A stretch of DNA of 64,000 bases from Peribolospora baueri (lineage: Eukaryota): assembly GCA_029717555.1 (NCBI GenBank), contig JAMDHS010000104.1, positions 1 to 64,000 on the forward strand. The letters are read 5' to 3'. The notes beneath the pieces are model-generated. The model worked only from the letters and a program-made list of their open reading frames with translations, searched no databases and was not told the DNA's origin. Each line of letters starts with the position of its first letter. Position 1 is the stretch's first letter. Below are positions 12,547 through 24,330 of the stretch, piece after piece. Made by a program: the position numbers and the translations under genes.

Positions 12547-15533
12547 ATGTCTGCCGTCCTTCCCCCCCCCTCCGCGAGCGAGCCTGACCTCAATGACCAT
12601 GACAGCGCCAACGGTGGCCGGCACACCCTCCAAGCCGCCTCGTCCGCCGCCGGACTGCAGCACTCTACCCGTCACCTCTCCGACTCCTTCCACATCGGCT
12701 CGAACGGAAAAGTCCCCCCGCTGGTCGACATGGACGACATGCTTACCCACCTTCGCTTCCTTGCCGAGCTCGACAGGATAGGCAAGTGCGTGCGCGCCGC
12801 TGGCCCGCACACTCGCGGCGGCGCCGAGGCCAATCTCGATGGCCTCCCGCCGCCATACGAAGCTTCGCCACAGACAACGGGCGAGGAGAGGGAGCACCGT
12901 TTCTCCGTCTACCTCGCCCGAGCCGTTTACCGCTTTGGCCTCTTCGTCTCCCGCATCGTTCCCGTCATCCCTACCATGTCCCCCTCCGGCATTCCCGAAG
13001 GACCTTCCCCGGACGAGGTAGCCGAGAGACCGCGGGCCCAGGCTCAGTCCTCATCCCCTCCTCGACCGTTCCCAGCCGACGTCGTCCCGCCCAAGGACGT
13101 CCTGATGGTCTGGCAATCCTACCTCCTTAACCCGCACGTCATGTTCGAGGACGCATGGCGCTCCGCCTGGTTCCTCCACGCCGACAAGCAGGCACGGATC
13201 ACCAAGCTCTCTAATGAACAGCGCAACTTTAGGGTCGGGTTGAGCAACCTTTGGTGGTATGCCTTCCCGTTCCACGCTCTCGTGAGTTTGCTCGCGCGCT
13301 GCCCGGAGCTGGCGTGCATGGACCCTCACTCACTTGGCTTTCTCGCCCTCGACCGACAGAAGGACATGCTCACCTCACCACCCTCGGCGGCCCGCGTCAA
13401 CATCTGGAATAGCCTCACCGGAGAACCCTTCGACCTCCCCTTCTTCACCCCGCAAGACGCCCTTGCCTTCACACTCCCTTGTCCCTGCTGCGCCGAGACC
13501 TTTCAACCGCCTTGGACCACCTCGACCGACGGCAAAGGCAAAGGTTGGGCCGACAAGGACTTTAAGATGACCTGCACATATTGTTGGCAGCGAATCGATA
13601 AGGACACCCTTGCTGGCGCGGTTTGGACGACCGATTACAAGAACTATATCAAGACCCGACCCGACCCGGCCGAACTCGTGAAGGACGCCAAGGCCCACCG
13701 GTTGTACAAACTGGATGATAGCTTAGTGTTCAAGTGAGCGTCTTGCCAGTAGTGCCCGTCTGCTCGCGCCTTTGTGTCCCTTCGGCGCTGGTATGCGACA
13801 AAGGTGAGGTCGGAACGCTCATTATTCCCACCCGGCTCCTCTCTGCCCCTCCCTTTGGCAGTGGTCTGCTCCTGTCACATCCAAAGGGCAATCCGGACCC
13901 CGCAAAAGCCGAACTCTTCCAAAAGGACATGTTCCGCCGACTCGTCGCGTACATCGCCGACTTTCGTCCCGGCGGCGACGTCGACGAGTGGGTTCGCTCC
14001 GAGGAATATTCGCTCTCGTCCATCAGCGAGACGCTGCTCAACCTTGCCTGCATGATCGGAGGACCGTCCAAACTGAAATTTGGTGAAAGAGTCCCTAAAC
14101 CGGATAATGTCGTTCCCACACTCCACATCTCTGCGATGCGGAGGGTGAGCTGTGTCGTACGGAGGTACAAGAGCTCTTGGGAAGGGCCGTGGGGTTTGGA
14201 GCTGGCTGGGGCCGTGCGGAGGCAGACCAAGTTTGTGCACGAGATGGTCTCCCTGGGTTGGGCGAATCCGGCTCGGCTCGATCGAGGCGAGGACGAGGCG
14301 GCGGTGGCGAGGGCGGTGGTGCGGTACCACGCCTTCCTCGACCTCATGGCCTCTACGATGAAGCACAACTTTTGCGTGCCAACCCTGGATATTGACCTCG
14401 CTTGGCATACCCACCAACTCTTGGGTAGGACGTACAGAGGCGACACGGAGGCGTATCTGCGCAGGGTGAGCTTGACCCGACACGACACGGGTCCACAGGG
14501 GCGCATCGCATCGACGGCGAGACTGACCGGTGAATCGCACCACCCGTGTCTCCCTTGTCGCAGTTCATCGATCACGACGATAAGGTGGAGGAGGGCAGCC
14601 TGAGCAACTCTTTCCAGGCCACCGCCAAGGCTTGGAGGGTGAGTCTCGCCGTCCGTTTTCGTCTCCGTCCCAACCTAGGCCGCACGTGAGCAGCTCCCGA
14701 GGTCTGACCCATCCCGCCCCGCCCATCTGTCCCTCCGCGCCGTCCTGCAGTCACGCTTCAAACAACCGTACTCCCTCTGCGGCTGTCACATGCCGACGAC
14801 GGTGCGCGACGACGTGGCAAAAGCATTCCGCGCCCTGGGCTCCAAGGTGAAACGCCGTCAGCCGAGCGTCGGCGGCGGAGCTGCCGACGACGAGTCTCCC
14901 GAGTACCATCCCGGCAACGAGCGCTACGGTAGCGGTTATGACGACGCGACGCACCCGTCAGTGCACTCCTCTGTGCACATTTCGTCGACTCAAAGTCTCG
15001 AAGCTCGGAGGGACAACCGTATTAGGCGGTACGAGGTGCAAAATAGGATGAACCAGCGGAGGAGGGACCACGAGGATCCGTTCCTTATGGGCTACGCCTA
15101 TTTCCCCCCTTACTACCCTTACCCTTACTCGTACGTCGACTCCGGCCTCGAGCCATTCTACTACTGCGGCTCCACCATCGACGGCTCCCAATCCACCGCG
15201 GGCTCCTGCGCAGCAGGCGCCGGCCCGACGGGCGCGGGCGGGTGCGTGTCCGGCGGCGCGATGACCAGCTCTAGCGCGGCGTGCTCGAGCGGCTCGGGCG
15301 GGTGCGCGTCGGGAACGAGTACGAGTGCGTGCGGGGGCGGTGCCACCGGGTTTGGCGGTGGGAGCGGAGGCGGGGTTGGGTTTTGTGGAGGCGGAGGCGG
15401 AGGGTGTGGCGGTGGAGGCGGCGGCGGCGGAGGAGGAGGGGGATGTGGTGGTGGAGGCGGAGGAGGATGTGGTGGTGGAGGCGGCGGCGGCGGAGGGGGA
15501 TGTGGAGGCGGCGGCGGAGGCGGAGGGTGTTGA
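12547..15533 (+). CDS. Glycine-rich domain-containing protein (DUF1399/GRDP-like), multi-exon
   Basis: Contains HLRFL, PPKDVLMVWQSYLLNP, LAGAVRRQTKFV.EM..LGW, VPTLDIDLAWHTHQL, FIDHDD and THPSVHS, and ends in a Gly/Cys-rich tail. Confidence 0.88.
15360..15530 (+). repeat. GGN trinucleotide tract encoding the poly-Gly tail punctuated by Cys
   Basis: GGC/GGA/GGT repeats interrupted by TGT at the end of the GRDP ORF. Confidence 0.9.
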
Positions 15534-15859
15534 TGGACCGGTACGAACGAACAACCGAGGAACTCGAAGCAACCCACGAAAGACGTCGGCCACACCTAGC
15601 GCGATTCGTTTGAGCAGCGACTGTAGAGAATGCATACCCTGTCTCCTTCTTGCTCCGCTTTACTGCACTTATCTCCCCGTCAGACGGACACTCCCGTGCG
15701 AACGAAACCCAACCTCAACTGGGTATCATCCATTTTATCTCCTCCGTCATCTGACTCCGTCTGATTAAGGTACCCACAGAGTTTTCCCTCCTCGTGGAGC
15801 GTATAAGCTCGGTGGCTGGCCCGCCTTCTCTTCCTAAATTAGAATCCCAGGAAAAGGTC

Positions 15860-16368
15860 AGCACGTAACTTTGGAGCTTGGTCTTTTTGTTCCTGGTTGT
15901 CTGCGATTCCGATCAGCTGCGTGAGAATGTATCGCTGTCCATGGGCGCTCTCTTGGCGAGGTCAGGAAGGCCACAGCCGCAAGGACCAAAGCCGCCGCGG
16001 CGCAAAGGAATTGACAAACCTCAAGGAGGTCAACGAGGTTGGTGGCCGAAATGACGCGCTAGGCGTCGTCCTGGACGCCGAAGTAGGAGCCGGCGATGGT
16101 GGCAAGGTAGTTGGGCTCAGACGGGTGGGTGACGCCATGGTAGTGGTCGAGGTTGCGGCCGAAGGAAAGGATCTTCTGCAAGGTGGGGTTGGCCATCGAG
16201 ACCTCGTAGTCGGTGTTCTCGAGCATGACGATACCGAAGCGCTCGATCTCGGCATCCTTGCCCTGGTGGTTGCCCTGGTGGTTCTTGCCCTGGTGGTCCC
16301 GGGCGGGAGCGGCGAAGACGCCAGCGGTGAGAGCGGCAACGGTCAAAAGAGTGGTGGCGGCACGCATG
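15860..16368 (-). pseudogene. Secreted acid phosphatase (phosphoesterase family) remnant with in-frame stop
   Basis: Signal peptide MRAATTLLTVAALTAGVFA, then RFGIVMLENTDY and YHGVTHPSEPNYLATIAG. An in-frame TAG (16059-16061) falls in GVQDDA*RVISATNLVDLLE. Downstream exons are degraded or absent. Confidence 0.75.
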
Positions 16369-16889
16369 GTGATGGAAGGGTAGCGGGTTGGAGAGAGAAA
16401 CACACAGTGGCGAGTCTTGAATTTTATACAAAACCTTCCGTTACGAAATCCGCCAATTCATAGGAACGTGTACGTCTTGATGCGGCGGCGCGGCCGAAGG
16501 CTTGCCGGCCGGACTTCGTCGTCAACATGAAACGATCGCGGTCACCTCCCCCTTCCAAATGTTAAGGCACGCGACGTGGTGGGCGAACGGCATTACTCAT
16601 CACCCCGGTCTTGGCGCATCCCGCCCCACTCCTATCATTGTACAGCTTTTCGGTGACAACCTAGTCGCGACCCTTGTGCGTTGCGACCGTTGGGCGATTT
16701 CCTCGGCCACCTGCTCCTTGACCGCGCCCCTTGACTATTAGACGGAGTGTCAGGTCCAAGGCAAAGTTACGAAACTCCACCTGAAACGGATTATTGCTTG
16801 TCTGTGCTTCCGAACAACCTGGACTCTTCGATCGCGCGGATGGGCCAAGGCCGTCTCATCATTCCCCCACTCCCCCCCACCTCACTTCC

Positions 16890-17501
16890 TCGTGGTCTAC
16901 AAAGTGGCTTTCATCGGAATGAAGCTTCAAATCCATTTTTTACATGATCGATTCCGTCACCATGATCTCCAACTTGACCGACCTCCAGGCCGCCCACGAC
17001 GCGCAGTGGGCCTGGCTCGAGAAGCAGCTCGAGAAGGACTCGCACGACGCCGGTCAGGGTCCCAAGTTTGTTGTCATGCACCACCCGCCCTTCCTTGTCT
17101 CGGAGGACGAGCCTGATCAGTACTTCAACTGGCCCTCGGAGCTCCGCAAGCGCTTTCTTGCCTTGGTTCGTGCCTCGCTACTCTAGCCGTTGATGGGCTG
17201 TTGGACTGATACCTTTCTGCAGATGCGCAAGTACAACGTCCACCACATCCTCGTCGGTCACACGCACGAGACCTTCATCGCCAAACCCGCCGACAACGCG
17301 TTCACGATCTACGTCGTCGCCGGTACCGCTAAGTACTTCGACGACCAGGGCTTCGGCTACCGCGTCTTCAACGTCTCCTCCCCCGACCCGGCCAAGGGCG
17401 TCTCGCAGGAGTACGTCCACCTCGACCTCGGCGGCCAGGTCATCACCCGCCTCCGTGGCCGCGGCGCTCCCAACTCGTGCCCCGAGATCTTCTCCAAGTA
17501 A
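16890..17501 (+). pseudogene. Calcineurin-like metallophosphoesterase (CPPED1-like) C-terminal half, 5'-truncated
   Basis: AQWAWLEKQL, VVMHHPPF, DQYFN, intron 17166-17222, then ILVGHTH and GYRVF. The N-terminal DxH/GDxxD/GNHD motifs were not found upstream. Confidence 0.7.
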
Positions 17502-18527
17502 ATTATTGATTTGGAAGGAGTGGTGGCTGTTTAGAGCTCGGTGTTGAGAATTTAGAGCGGGTGAGACGGCTTGTTGCTCCGTTTCGCCTTGGTTTGGGAT
17601 AACTTTGCTGAAGGACATACATAGTATACACATGGGGTTGTTGGATGTTGACGAAAAGCCATCTTAATAGACGTTGCATATTTTGGCATTGGTAAAAATT
17701 CAGCTCGAGAACATTTCCACAGGGGCACGTTTTTGCCTTAATCAGCAGCATTGGAGATCCGTTCGCGTGGCGTTTCAAACGGTGCTGACAAGCTGTGCCG
17801 AGATACTCTCGACTGAGACAACCATGTCAACGTTCGACTTTACAGAGCGAAGAGGACAAACACGATGTTCCAGGGCTTGGGTGTGATGTATTTGTCCGAG
17901 TGATGTGACGAAGGGTGTGGGGTGGGTGGGGGCGCGTTTGATGCGCAAACAATCAGATTCGATTTGATAAGCATCGATGTCGCGGCATCGGGGTTCGTCG
18001 TCGACCTGCGAATTGGCCCAAAAAACTATTTCCAAGAAAATACAAGAAGGTAAAGAATGCCCACGGCAAAAGTATATGATAGGTGAACGGACGTGTTTGT
18101 GCGTCGGAAGCGGTGGGCGGACGGGATGACATCCCACCGGGAAAGAGTTCCCGCTCCGGGAACATTTTCCCCCTTGGCTCATTTGAAACGAGAGCCGCTT
18201 AAAGTCCGCGGAAGTCCACGGCAAGGTTTCCCCGCAAACGTGTCACCGTGTTCCTTTGGCGTGCCTCTGTGTCACCGTTCTTACGCTAAAAGAACGAACC
18301 CAAATAAGCTCTGAACACGGGTGAAAACCATAGCACTACCGAGCTGATTGATATACCTCGTTTCGGAGGTCCGGAGGGGTTCCTCTGGCGAAGTAGTGGC
18401 AGCAGTGGAGTGAGTGATTTGTTGTTATGCGTGCGTACAACGATGCATTCGTTTTCCGTATCATGGTTTCCGTGTCTCCTTGGCAAATGGTATTGGGGAT
18501 TGAATAACTGCATTCACACTATGTACT

Positions 18528-20389
18528 CTATAAGAGGGGCTTAGATCCCCAAAGCGCCCTCGTAGAAGGGTACGACACTTCGAAATGTACGATAATCTCG
18601 ACTTCTTGGCCTGGAGCCAGCTTGTCCAGGACGAGCATGAACTTGCCCTCTTTCTCGTCGACCCAGACACCGTGTTTCGTCGCAGCCGACGAAGGATTGT
18701 ACCGCTTCACAGAGTGTTTATCCGCCTTCGGCTTCGGGGCCTCCTCTCCGCTCGGTTTGGTAGACGACTCCTTTGCAGCTCCCTCGATGAGCGTAGGCTC
18801 GTGCACCTCGACAGAGATAGCAGCGTCCTCTGCGACGGGGATATTGTCGTACACCAACACACCGTCGACGTCGACGGTCTTCTTGTTCGTAATCTTGTAC
18901 CGATGGAGACAAGCAAGGAAGGCCTGCTTCCCCGCGAGGAAAGAGGACGTCTTCAAGTCCTTCCGCACCACGGGGAGGACGTTCACGTCGATAGAGGGGT
19001 CCACACCGAGCGCGAGGTCGAACGATTCGGCGGGGGTGACGGTCTTGATATTCGTGGTGGCGACGAAGGTGTCGTCGACGTAGATCGAGACGGGGCCTGC
19101 GAAGAGCGTCATACTACCACAAAATCGTCAGTACGAAGTCTAATGGGGAAAGGGTTGGGGGAGAAGAGGGGGACGTACGAAGTAGAGTTGATAATCTTGG
19201 CTTGGATGTGGCACCGCCACTCGAGGCGCGGGAAAACTTCGTGGTCGATCTCTGCGTCGAGGTTGAACTCTCCCACGAGGAGGCTGTGCTTCGACCCATC
19301 GCTCGGGACGGTGACTTTGCCCGGGACGTTGAACGTCGTGTTGGCCTGCATCGTGTTGGTCTGAACGTCGACAACTGGGCCTTGCGGCGCAGATGCCGCT
19401 GCACCAAACCCGGCTGACGCAGCGAAGTCCTGGAGCGCTGACTTAGCCATGACGGCGGGTGCACTGCCGAACGTAGCGGGGGCGGCCGGACTGCCGAAGG
19501 TGGGCTGGGCAAACCCACTGCTGCCAAACGTGGCGGCAGCGGCGGACGCCATCTGCGGCTGGGCCGGGACGAAACCTTGCTCGGGGGAAAGGCTCAATGA
19601 CCAGGGGCGGAGGGTGGGGCGCCTGAGGTTGAGCGTGGGCGCCACAGTTTGGAGGGTGATGTGCACGTCGTTCCAGGACTCGCCCGAGTTTTGCTGGATC
19701 TCGGCCTTGTACTCGAGGGTGATCGAGGATCCCGAGTCTTCGGCCTTGGAGGAGGAGGGGACGGCGGGGCGGTCGGTCGTGGCGCGGACGACATACGCCG
19801 CGCGCCAGGACGCGCCGTTCACGGTGTACGCGAGGCTGAGGAGCTTCTCACCCGGCTCATCCGCGACAAGGGTCACCGTGACGTCGCTCCTGGGTTTCGT
19901 GAGGTCGTAGAGCTCCTCATTGACCTGCGTGAGCTCCGTCCTGACGCGGCGGATGTCCTGGGCCAGAAACTTCTTCTCTACGCGGTACGACGCGAGCGCA
20001 CTAACCATCTCGTTGATCTTGATGTCGTCCTTGGCGGAAAGGGTGCACAAGTGCCTTTCGAGCGCGGCGCTGCTCTGCTCGAGCGTGGCACCCTCGTCAT
20101 TCAGCCTCGCCGCATGCTCCTTCAGCTCCACGACCCTGTCGCTTTCTCGATGCTTGGGTTCTTTGATGTCTTCGTGCGAGATGTGGACATCGTGCATTCG
20201 CGCCCCTTGGGCTTTGACTCGCAGCGAATCGTCTAGAAACGTATCAGGGAGTTCGGTGATCTTGACGCTGACGCTCTTCCCGGCTTCGGGGAGGACGACG
20301 GCGTACTCGCGAACAACCTCGGCGCAGGTCGGGTAGCACGTCACCCGCGCAATGGGGTGTTCGGAAGAACGCACGACGATGGGCGCCAT
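18528..20389 (-). CDS. DUF4140/DUF4139 (mucoidy inhibitor MuiA-like) protein, 2 exons
   Basis: IARVTCYPTCAEVVR, LPDTFLDDSLRV, coiled coil, LAYTVNGASWRAAY, IQQNSGESWNDV.ITLQT, TVPSDGSKH, LFAGPVSIYVDD.FV and LGVDPSI. One intron near 19113-19178. Confidence 0.88.
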
Positions 20390-20934
20390 ATCCTTTCTCG
20401 CTCTGGGAAAGGGAAGGTGGGATGGAAACTTGGGCACCAGTCAACTCACCGGACTTAAAGTAGCTTCTTTTATAAAACCGCGGACAATGCAAGAAGAGTG
20501 TAAAACGATCAACAGCACACGCACCGCCAAGCACCGCCTGCCTCAAAGGCGCGGGTCCACTAAGTCCGCGTAACTCCAGCCACCTTTCCCCCGCAGACGT
20601 GACATCCGCGTTCCTTTTCTTCCTTGACGACGGCAACCACCATCCCTTTGCCGCCTTCTCTACTTTCTCGTGCCAGAGCGCGCCTTTTTCTGCCCGTACG
20701 AGTCCCGTATCGTCGTTGTGGGGCGCATCGCATTTGCGCCATGACTCACGTTCTGCCCGTCTTCCCTTCCAATCCAAACAAATGCTTAGTAACCGACGCG
20801 TCTTTTTGTCAAGCTCGGCTTTTCCGCCCCCGTGTCAATTTCTCGTACGCTTTTCATGGTCACCATCTCCAAGCTGTATCATGACTTGCTTTCCGTCCCT
20901 CTATCTATCGAGGACTTAGAATCCACGTCCAAAC

Positions 20935-21321
20935 ATGTCCGACAATCCCCCGGCGCCTTTCGGCTTTGTAGGCTCCTCAATCCCCACGAGCAACCGCTCC
21001 CGTCCCCAGGGCAGCGGTCAGGGAGAGACCGCTCTCCCCCCGCGCGGTAGCGTGGTGTATGGCACGCAGAGCTCGATCTCGGCCCGCCGCTTTCCCGTAG
21101 CCAGGCGCGGTACGGCTCACAGGGTCCCCATACCCAGCTCCTCTACCGCGGAGAGGTTGAGTACTACTTCGCAGCGTGACCCTCCCTCGTCCAGTCGCTA
21201 CGACGGGATCAAGACCGAGTGCGAAGGTCTCAAAGAGTGACTCGGGCAACTCGAGAAGCGTCTCGCCGTTCTTGAGGGAGAGAACGCCTTGATGCGCAAG
21301 GAGCTAGAGGCCCTCAAGTCC
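20935..21321 (+). pseudogene. Hypothetical gene fragment with in-frame stop and coiled coil
   Basis: The ORF continues past TGA (21238-21240) as [27 protein letters not shown] with a heptad pattern, then abuts the antisense cyclophilin fragment. Confidence 0.4.
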
Positions 21322-21702
21322 ATCCGTTTTGTCGACCTTGACGTTCTCGATATCGTGGATGACTTCTAGTCCGGACAACGCCCGTCCAAACACCCTATCA
21401 GAAAGAGAACAATGCATCCGTATCAGTGCCAAGCTTAGGGCTAGCAAAAGCGTGATCTGAAACACAAGGGGTGGGATAACAGAAAGAAACTTTGCAACGC
21501 ACGTGTGTTTCTTATCAAGCCAAGGCGTCGGAACAGTCGTGATAAGGAACTGACTGCCGTTCGTTCTAGGCCCCGCATTGGCCATACTGACCGTATATGG
21601 CCTGTCGTGCCGCAGCGTGTCTGAAAACTCGTCTTCGAAATATTTACCCCAGATCGATTCACCCCCCGTGCCATCGCCGAGCGGGTCACCCGTTTGGATC
21701 AT
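21322..21702 (-). pseudogene. Cyclophilin domain fragment (PPWD1/Cyp15-like), intron retained, truncated at both ends
   Basis: [19 protein letters not shown]...[20 protein letters not shown]...PWLDKKHT | intron 21395-21502 | [24 protein letters not shown]. No upstream exons are present and the final strand is missing. Confidence 0.85.
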
Positions 21703-21802
21703 CTGTATGTCATAAGGCACAACGGTGTATGGTCAGAGCAACGATCACACATGTCAGGGGTGGGGGGAGAGTGGAGGGGGGAGGGGGTAAAACAGGGGGT
21801 GG

Positions 21803-22037
21803 TCTCAAACTTTAAATGTGTAAGAAGCCCTTGTCACTTGAGTAGACGAGGGCATGCGAATGAGAGTCTCTAGTGGGCCGTTTTTGGTAAGCAGAACTGG
21901 CGATGCGGGATGAACCGAACGCGAGGTTAAGGTGCCGGAATGCACGCTCATCAGACACCACAAAGGGTGTTAGTTCATCTAGACAGCCGCACGGTGGCCA
22001 TGGAAGTCGGAATCCGCTAAGGAGTGTGTAACAACTC
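21803..22037 (+). rRNA. Isolated 25S/28S LSU rRNA fragment (235 bp, ends in the GTPase-associated centre); not an rDNA unit
   Basis: TCTCAAACTTTAAAT...GGTAAGCAGAACTGGCGATGCGGGATGAACCGAACG...CATCAGACACCACAAA...ACGGTGGCCATGGAAGTCGGAATCCGCTAAGGAGTGTGTAACAACTC matches the conserved eukaryotic LSU sequence as recalled. The flanks are non-rDNA. Confidence 0.93.
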
Positions 22038-22063
22038 TTTTGTCGGGGAATGGTCCACACTAG

Positions 22064-22945
22064 GGCGACGAATCAATCGATGAAAGACTGTCTGAGACCG
22101 CGCCCGAGGGCCACTTGGATCTATTGGCAAAAGTAACCCCTTCCCCCGTCCTTCGTCCGCAATCGGTGACGGTATCGAGCGAGCGATACTCGCCCGAGCC
22201 GGCGAGGTCGTCCTCTGTCCCTCCTACGTGCCAGGCACCGCGGTCCCCCGACGAGCCGCGCCGGCCGCGCAAACTGCGAAGACGAAGAAAGCCCTCGACA
22301 GCTACGAGCACGACGACGACGTACGTCCGGGACCGCAAGAACTCGCGCGGGTCGGCCGATAATGTCGACCCGTCGATGCTACCCCCACCGTCGTCGGCGG
22401 CGTCGCAGCCACAACACAAGTTCACGCGGCTTCTCACTGGCTCTTTGTGGCGTTTCGGCGGTCGTAGTGGCGGGCAGCAGCCCAAGTCGTCCGCATCGTC
22501 GGCCAAGAGCGTCGCGCAGCCCCAGAGCCCGGCCGAGACGCTCCCAGATATGCGGTACCACGCGCTCAGCGATGGGAACGCGGACTACCTTCTGCTCTAG
22601 ACGTCCACCTGTTCTCGGGACTCCTCCTTTGTCCTCACCCCCTTCGACATCCTCCAAGTGCTCGTGAGAGGCATGTCCTTCCGTACCAGATCTTGCGATC
22701 TCGGGGAACTCGTGCGATATGCGGGGAGGCGGTACTCTCAGGATCTTGGAGCCCTTTCTCACGAGCGTCTGGGACGAGGGGACGGGTGGAGGAGGAAGGT
22801 GGACAGCCCGGTCGGCGGTGAGAGCCTGAGGATGGCCACTGGTGGCGCCTTGCTCGTCCTTGGGAGGCTCGACATGGTGGTGGCGCGCAGAAGTAGGCAC
22901 AGGGTCGAGGTCGGATTCAGACTCTGGCTCGAGAACAGGGTCGTG

Positions 22946-22978
<33 letters not shown>

Positions 22979-23100
22979 CGAGTCGAGGTCGGGATCCGAG
23001 TCAACCTCGGGCGACATTGGCGGAGCAAAATGAGTGTGAAACGGAGAATCATATGCTGGATGCTGACGATGCGTCGTGATGGGATGGTCGTCGAGACCGG
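22064..23100. other. Low-complexity coding-like fragments on both strands (Ser/Pro-rich on +, (EP)n acidic on -)
   Basis: Open frames 22064-22600 (+, preceded by an in-frame TAG) and MSPEVDSDPDLDSEPEPEPEPEP (-). No recognisable family. Confidence 0.3.
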
Positions 23101-23319
23101 TAATTTTGAGACCATTGGCGACAGCGGGGCCCCTGTTGAAAGAGGGGAAGACGACAGAGTTTTCGTTGTCCTCGCTGTTGTCGCCAAGAAAAGAAGCCAG
23201 GCAATGAAGGAAAATGATAGAAAAAGTTGGTACGGTGGCAAATAAAACAAGAAAAAGGAAAGAATTAGCACGCACGTATGCAAAGACGGGGGAGGACGGC
23301 GGCACCCTGGCGCAAGACG

Positions 23320-23830
23320 ACTCACGGGGCGCCAATCTTTTGAATGACAAGCATCTCCCATCGAAGGCTTTCAAGGACGGTTTCGTCATAGGTTCGTGCC
23401 TGAAAAAAGGTGATGTGAGTCATCGTACGAGACGTGCCCGATTAACTCGAATCGTCTTACCTTGGCCATCATTCGTATACAAACAGGAAATCCACGAGCA
23501 TCTTTACAGCAAAGGTCAGCAAGAAGAAAAGAGGGCCTCGACGTCGTTCACGAGATATGGACCATCTCGGACGAGCGGGGCTCAGCGCGGAAGCGACGGA
23601 CCTCGAGCTCGTTGCGGGCAGCGAGGCGGGACATGTTAGCCCGGAGGTCGGTGGCGAAGCGGTTGCGGAGGAGCTCGATGGTCGGCTCGAAGCGGTGGGT
23701 GAGCTCCACCGGCTGCCCGGCAAGCCAGAGGGCCGCATGGGACCCCGGAACAAGACAGAGAAGGAGGACATCGAGGCGCTGATCATCGTCCGTCTCTGGG
23801 ATGTCTGTGAAATGGAGAATAAGCGTCGGA
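23320..23830 (-). mobile_element. Possible degenerate retrotransposon Gag-like remnant
   Basis: DDQRLDVLLLCLVPGSHAALWLAGQPVELTHRFEPTIELLRNRF, then frameshifted YLVNDVEALF and ARTYDETVLESLRWE. This resembles Ty3-type capsid helices by eye only. Confidence 0.3.
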
Positions 23831-24330
23831 AAGGAGCCGTTAAAGTTGACGCATTCCCCTTTTTGACCGGAGGTTTTAGCATCGAGATCCAAAATGAAAC
23901 ATTCGATGATGGCCTTCGCAGAAGGTGCGCGGCCTTTCAAAGGACAGACATGACCACAGCGTCGACGTCGGCGAAGCGACTCCTTAGTCGAGACTGGAGC
24001 GCGATCGACCGCAGCCCGAGGACACGCGCTAACCCTAACTCCACCAACGCCCTTGCTGCCGCAGCACATAGAAAGTCGAAAGGGCCTCCGCCGTCCGTCC
24101 GTCGATTCGCCATCGCTCTCAAGCCGGAGGCTCCGTCCGTGCGTCCGTCTGTTTCTCTGGCAAGGACATCAACGCAAAAGCAACGCAAAACAAACACACA
24201 GCAGCAGCCTTTACTCTCTTCTCTGCGCGCCGCCTGGAACCGATCGACCGGCCGGCCGACTTTGCCGCTTCTTCTCCGGGTCTTCCAGTAGACATCGATC
24301 GATCGTTTCGCATCGTACACATTTTCGAAG

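Noticed and set aside
14958..15768. Poly-Pro/Ala/Arg ORFs in alternative frames and the Gly-Cys tail as a novelty
   Set aside because: These are shadows of the GGN repeat, and Gly/Cys tails are a known feature of DUF1399/GRDP proteins.
16059..16061. In-frame TAG (and stops at 21238, 22061, 31484) as readthrough, A-to-I editing or an alternative genetic code
   Set aside because: Conserved genes here end normally at TAG, TGA and TAA. The affected loci show other signs of decay, so ordinary nonsense mutation is the simpler explanation.
17510..18520. Lower-GC intergenic stretch as a transposon
   Set aside because: No terminal repeats or transposase-like peptide could be seen.
21803..22037. Functional rDNA operon
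   Set aside because: Only 235 bp are present, with no flanking LSU, ITS or 5.8S sequence.
24029..24039. Telomere-like CTAACCCTAAC
   Set aside because: Under two units, which is expected by chance.
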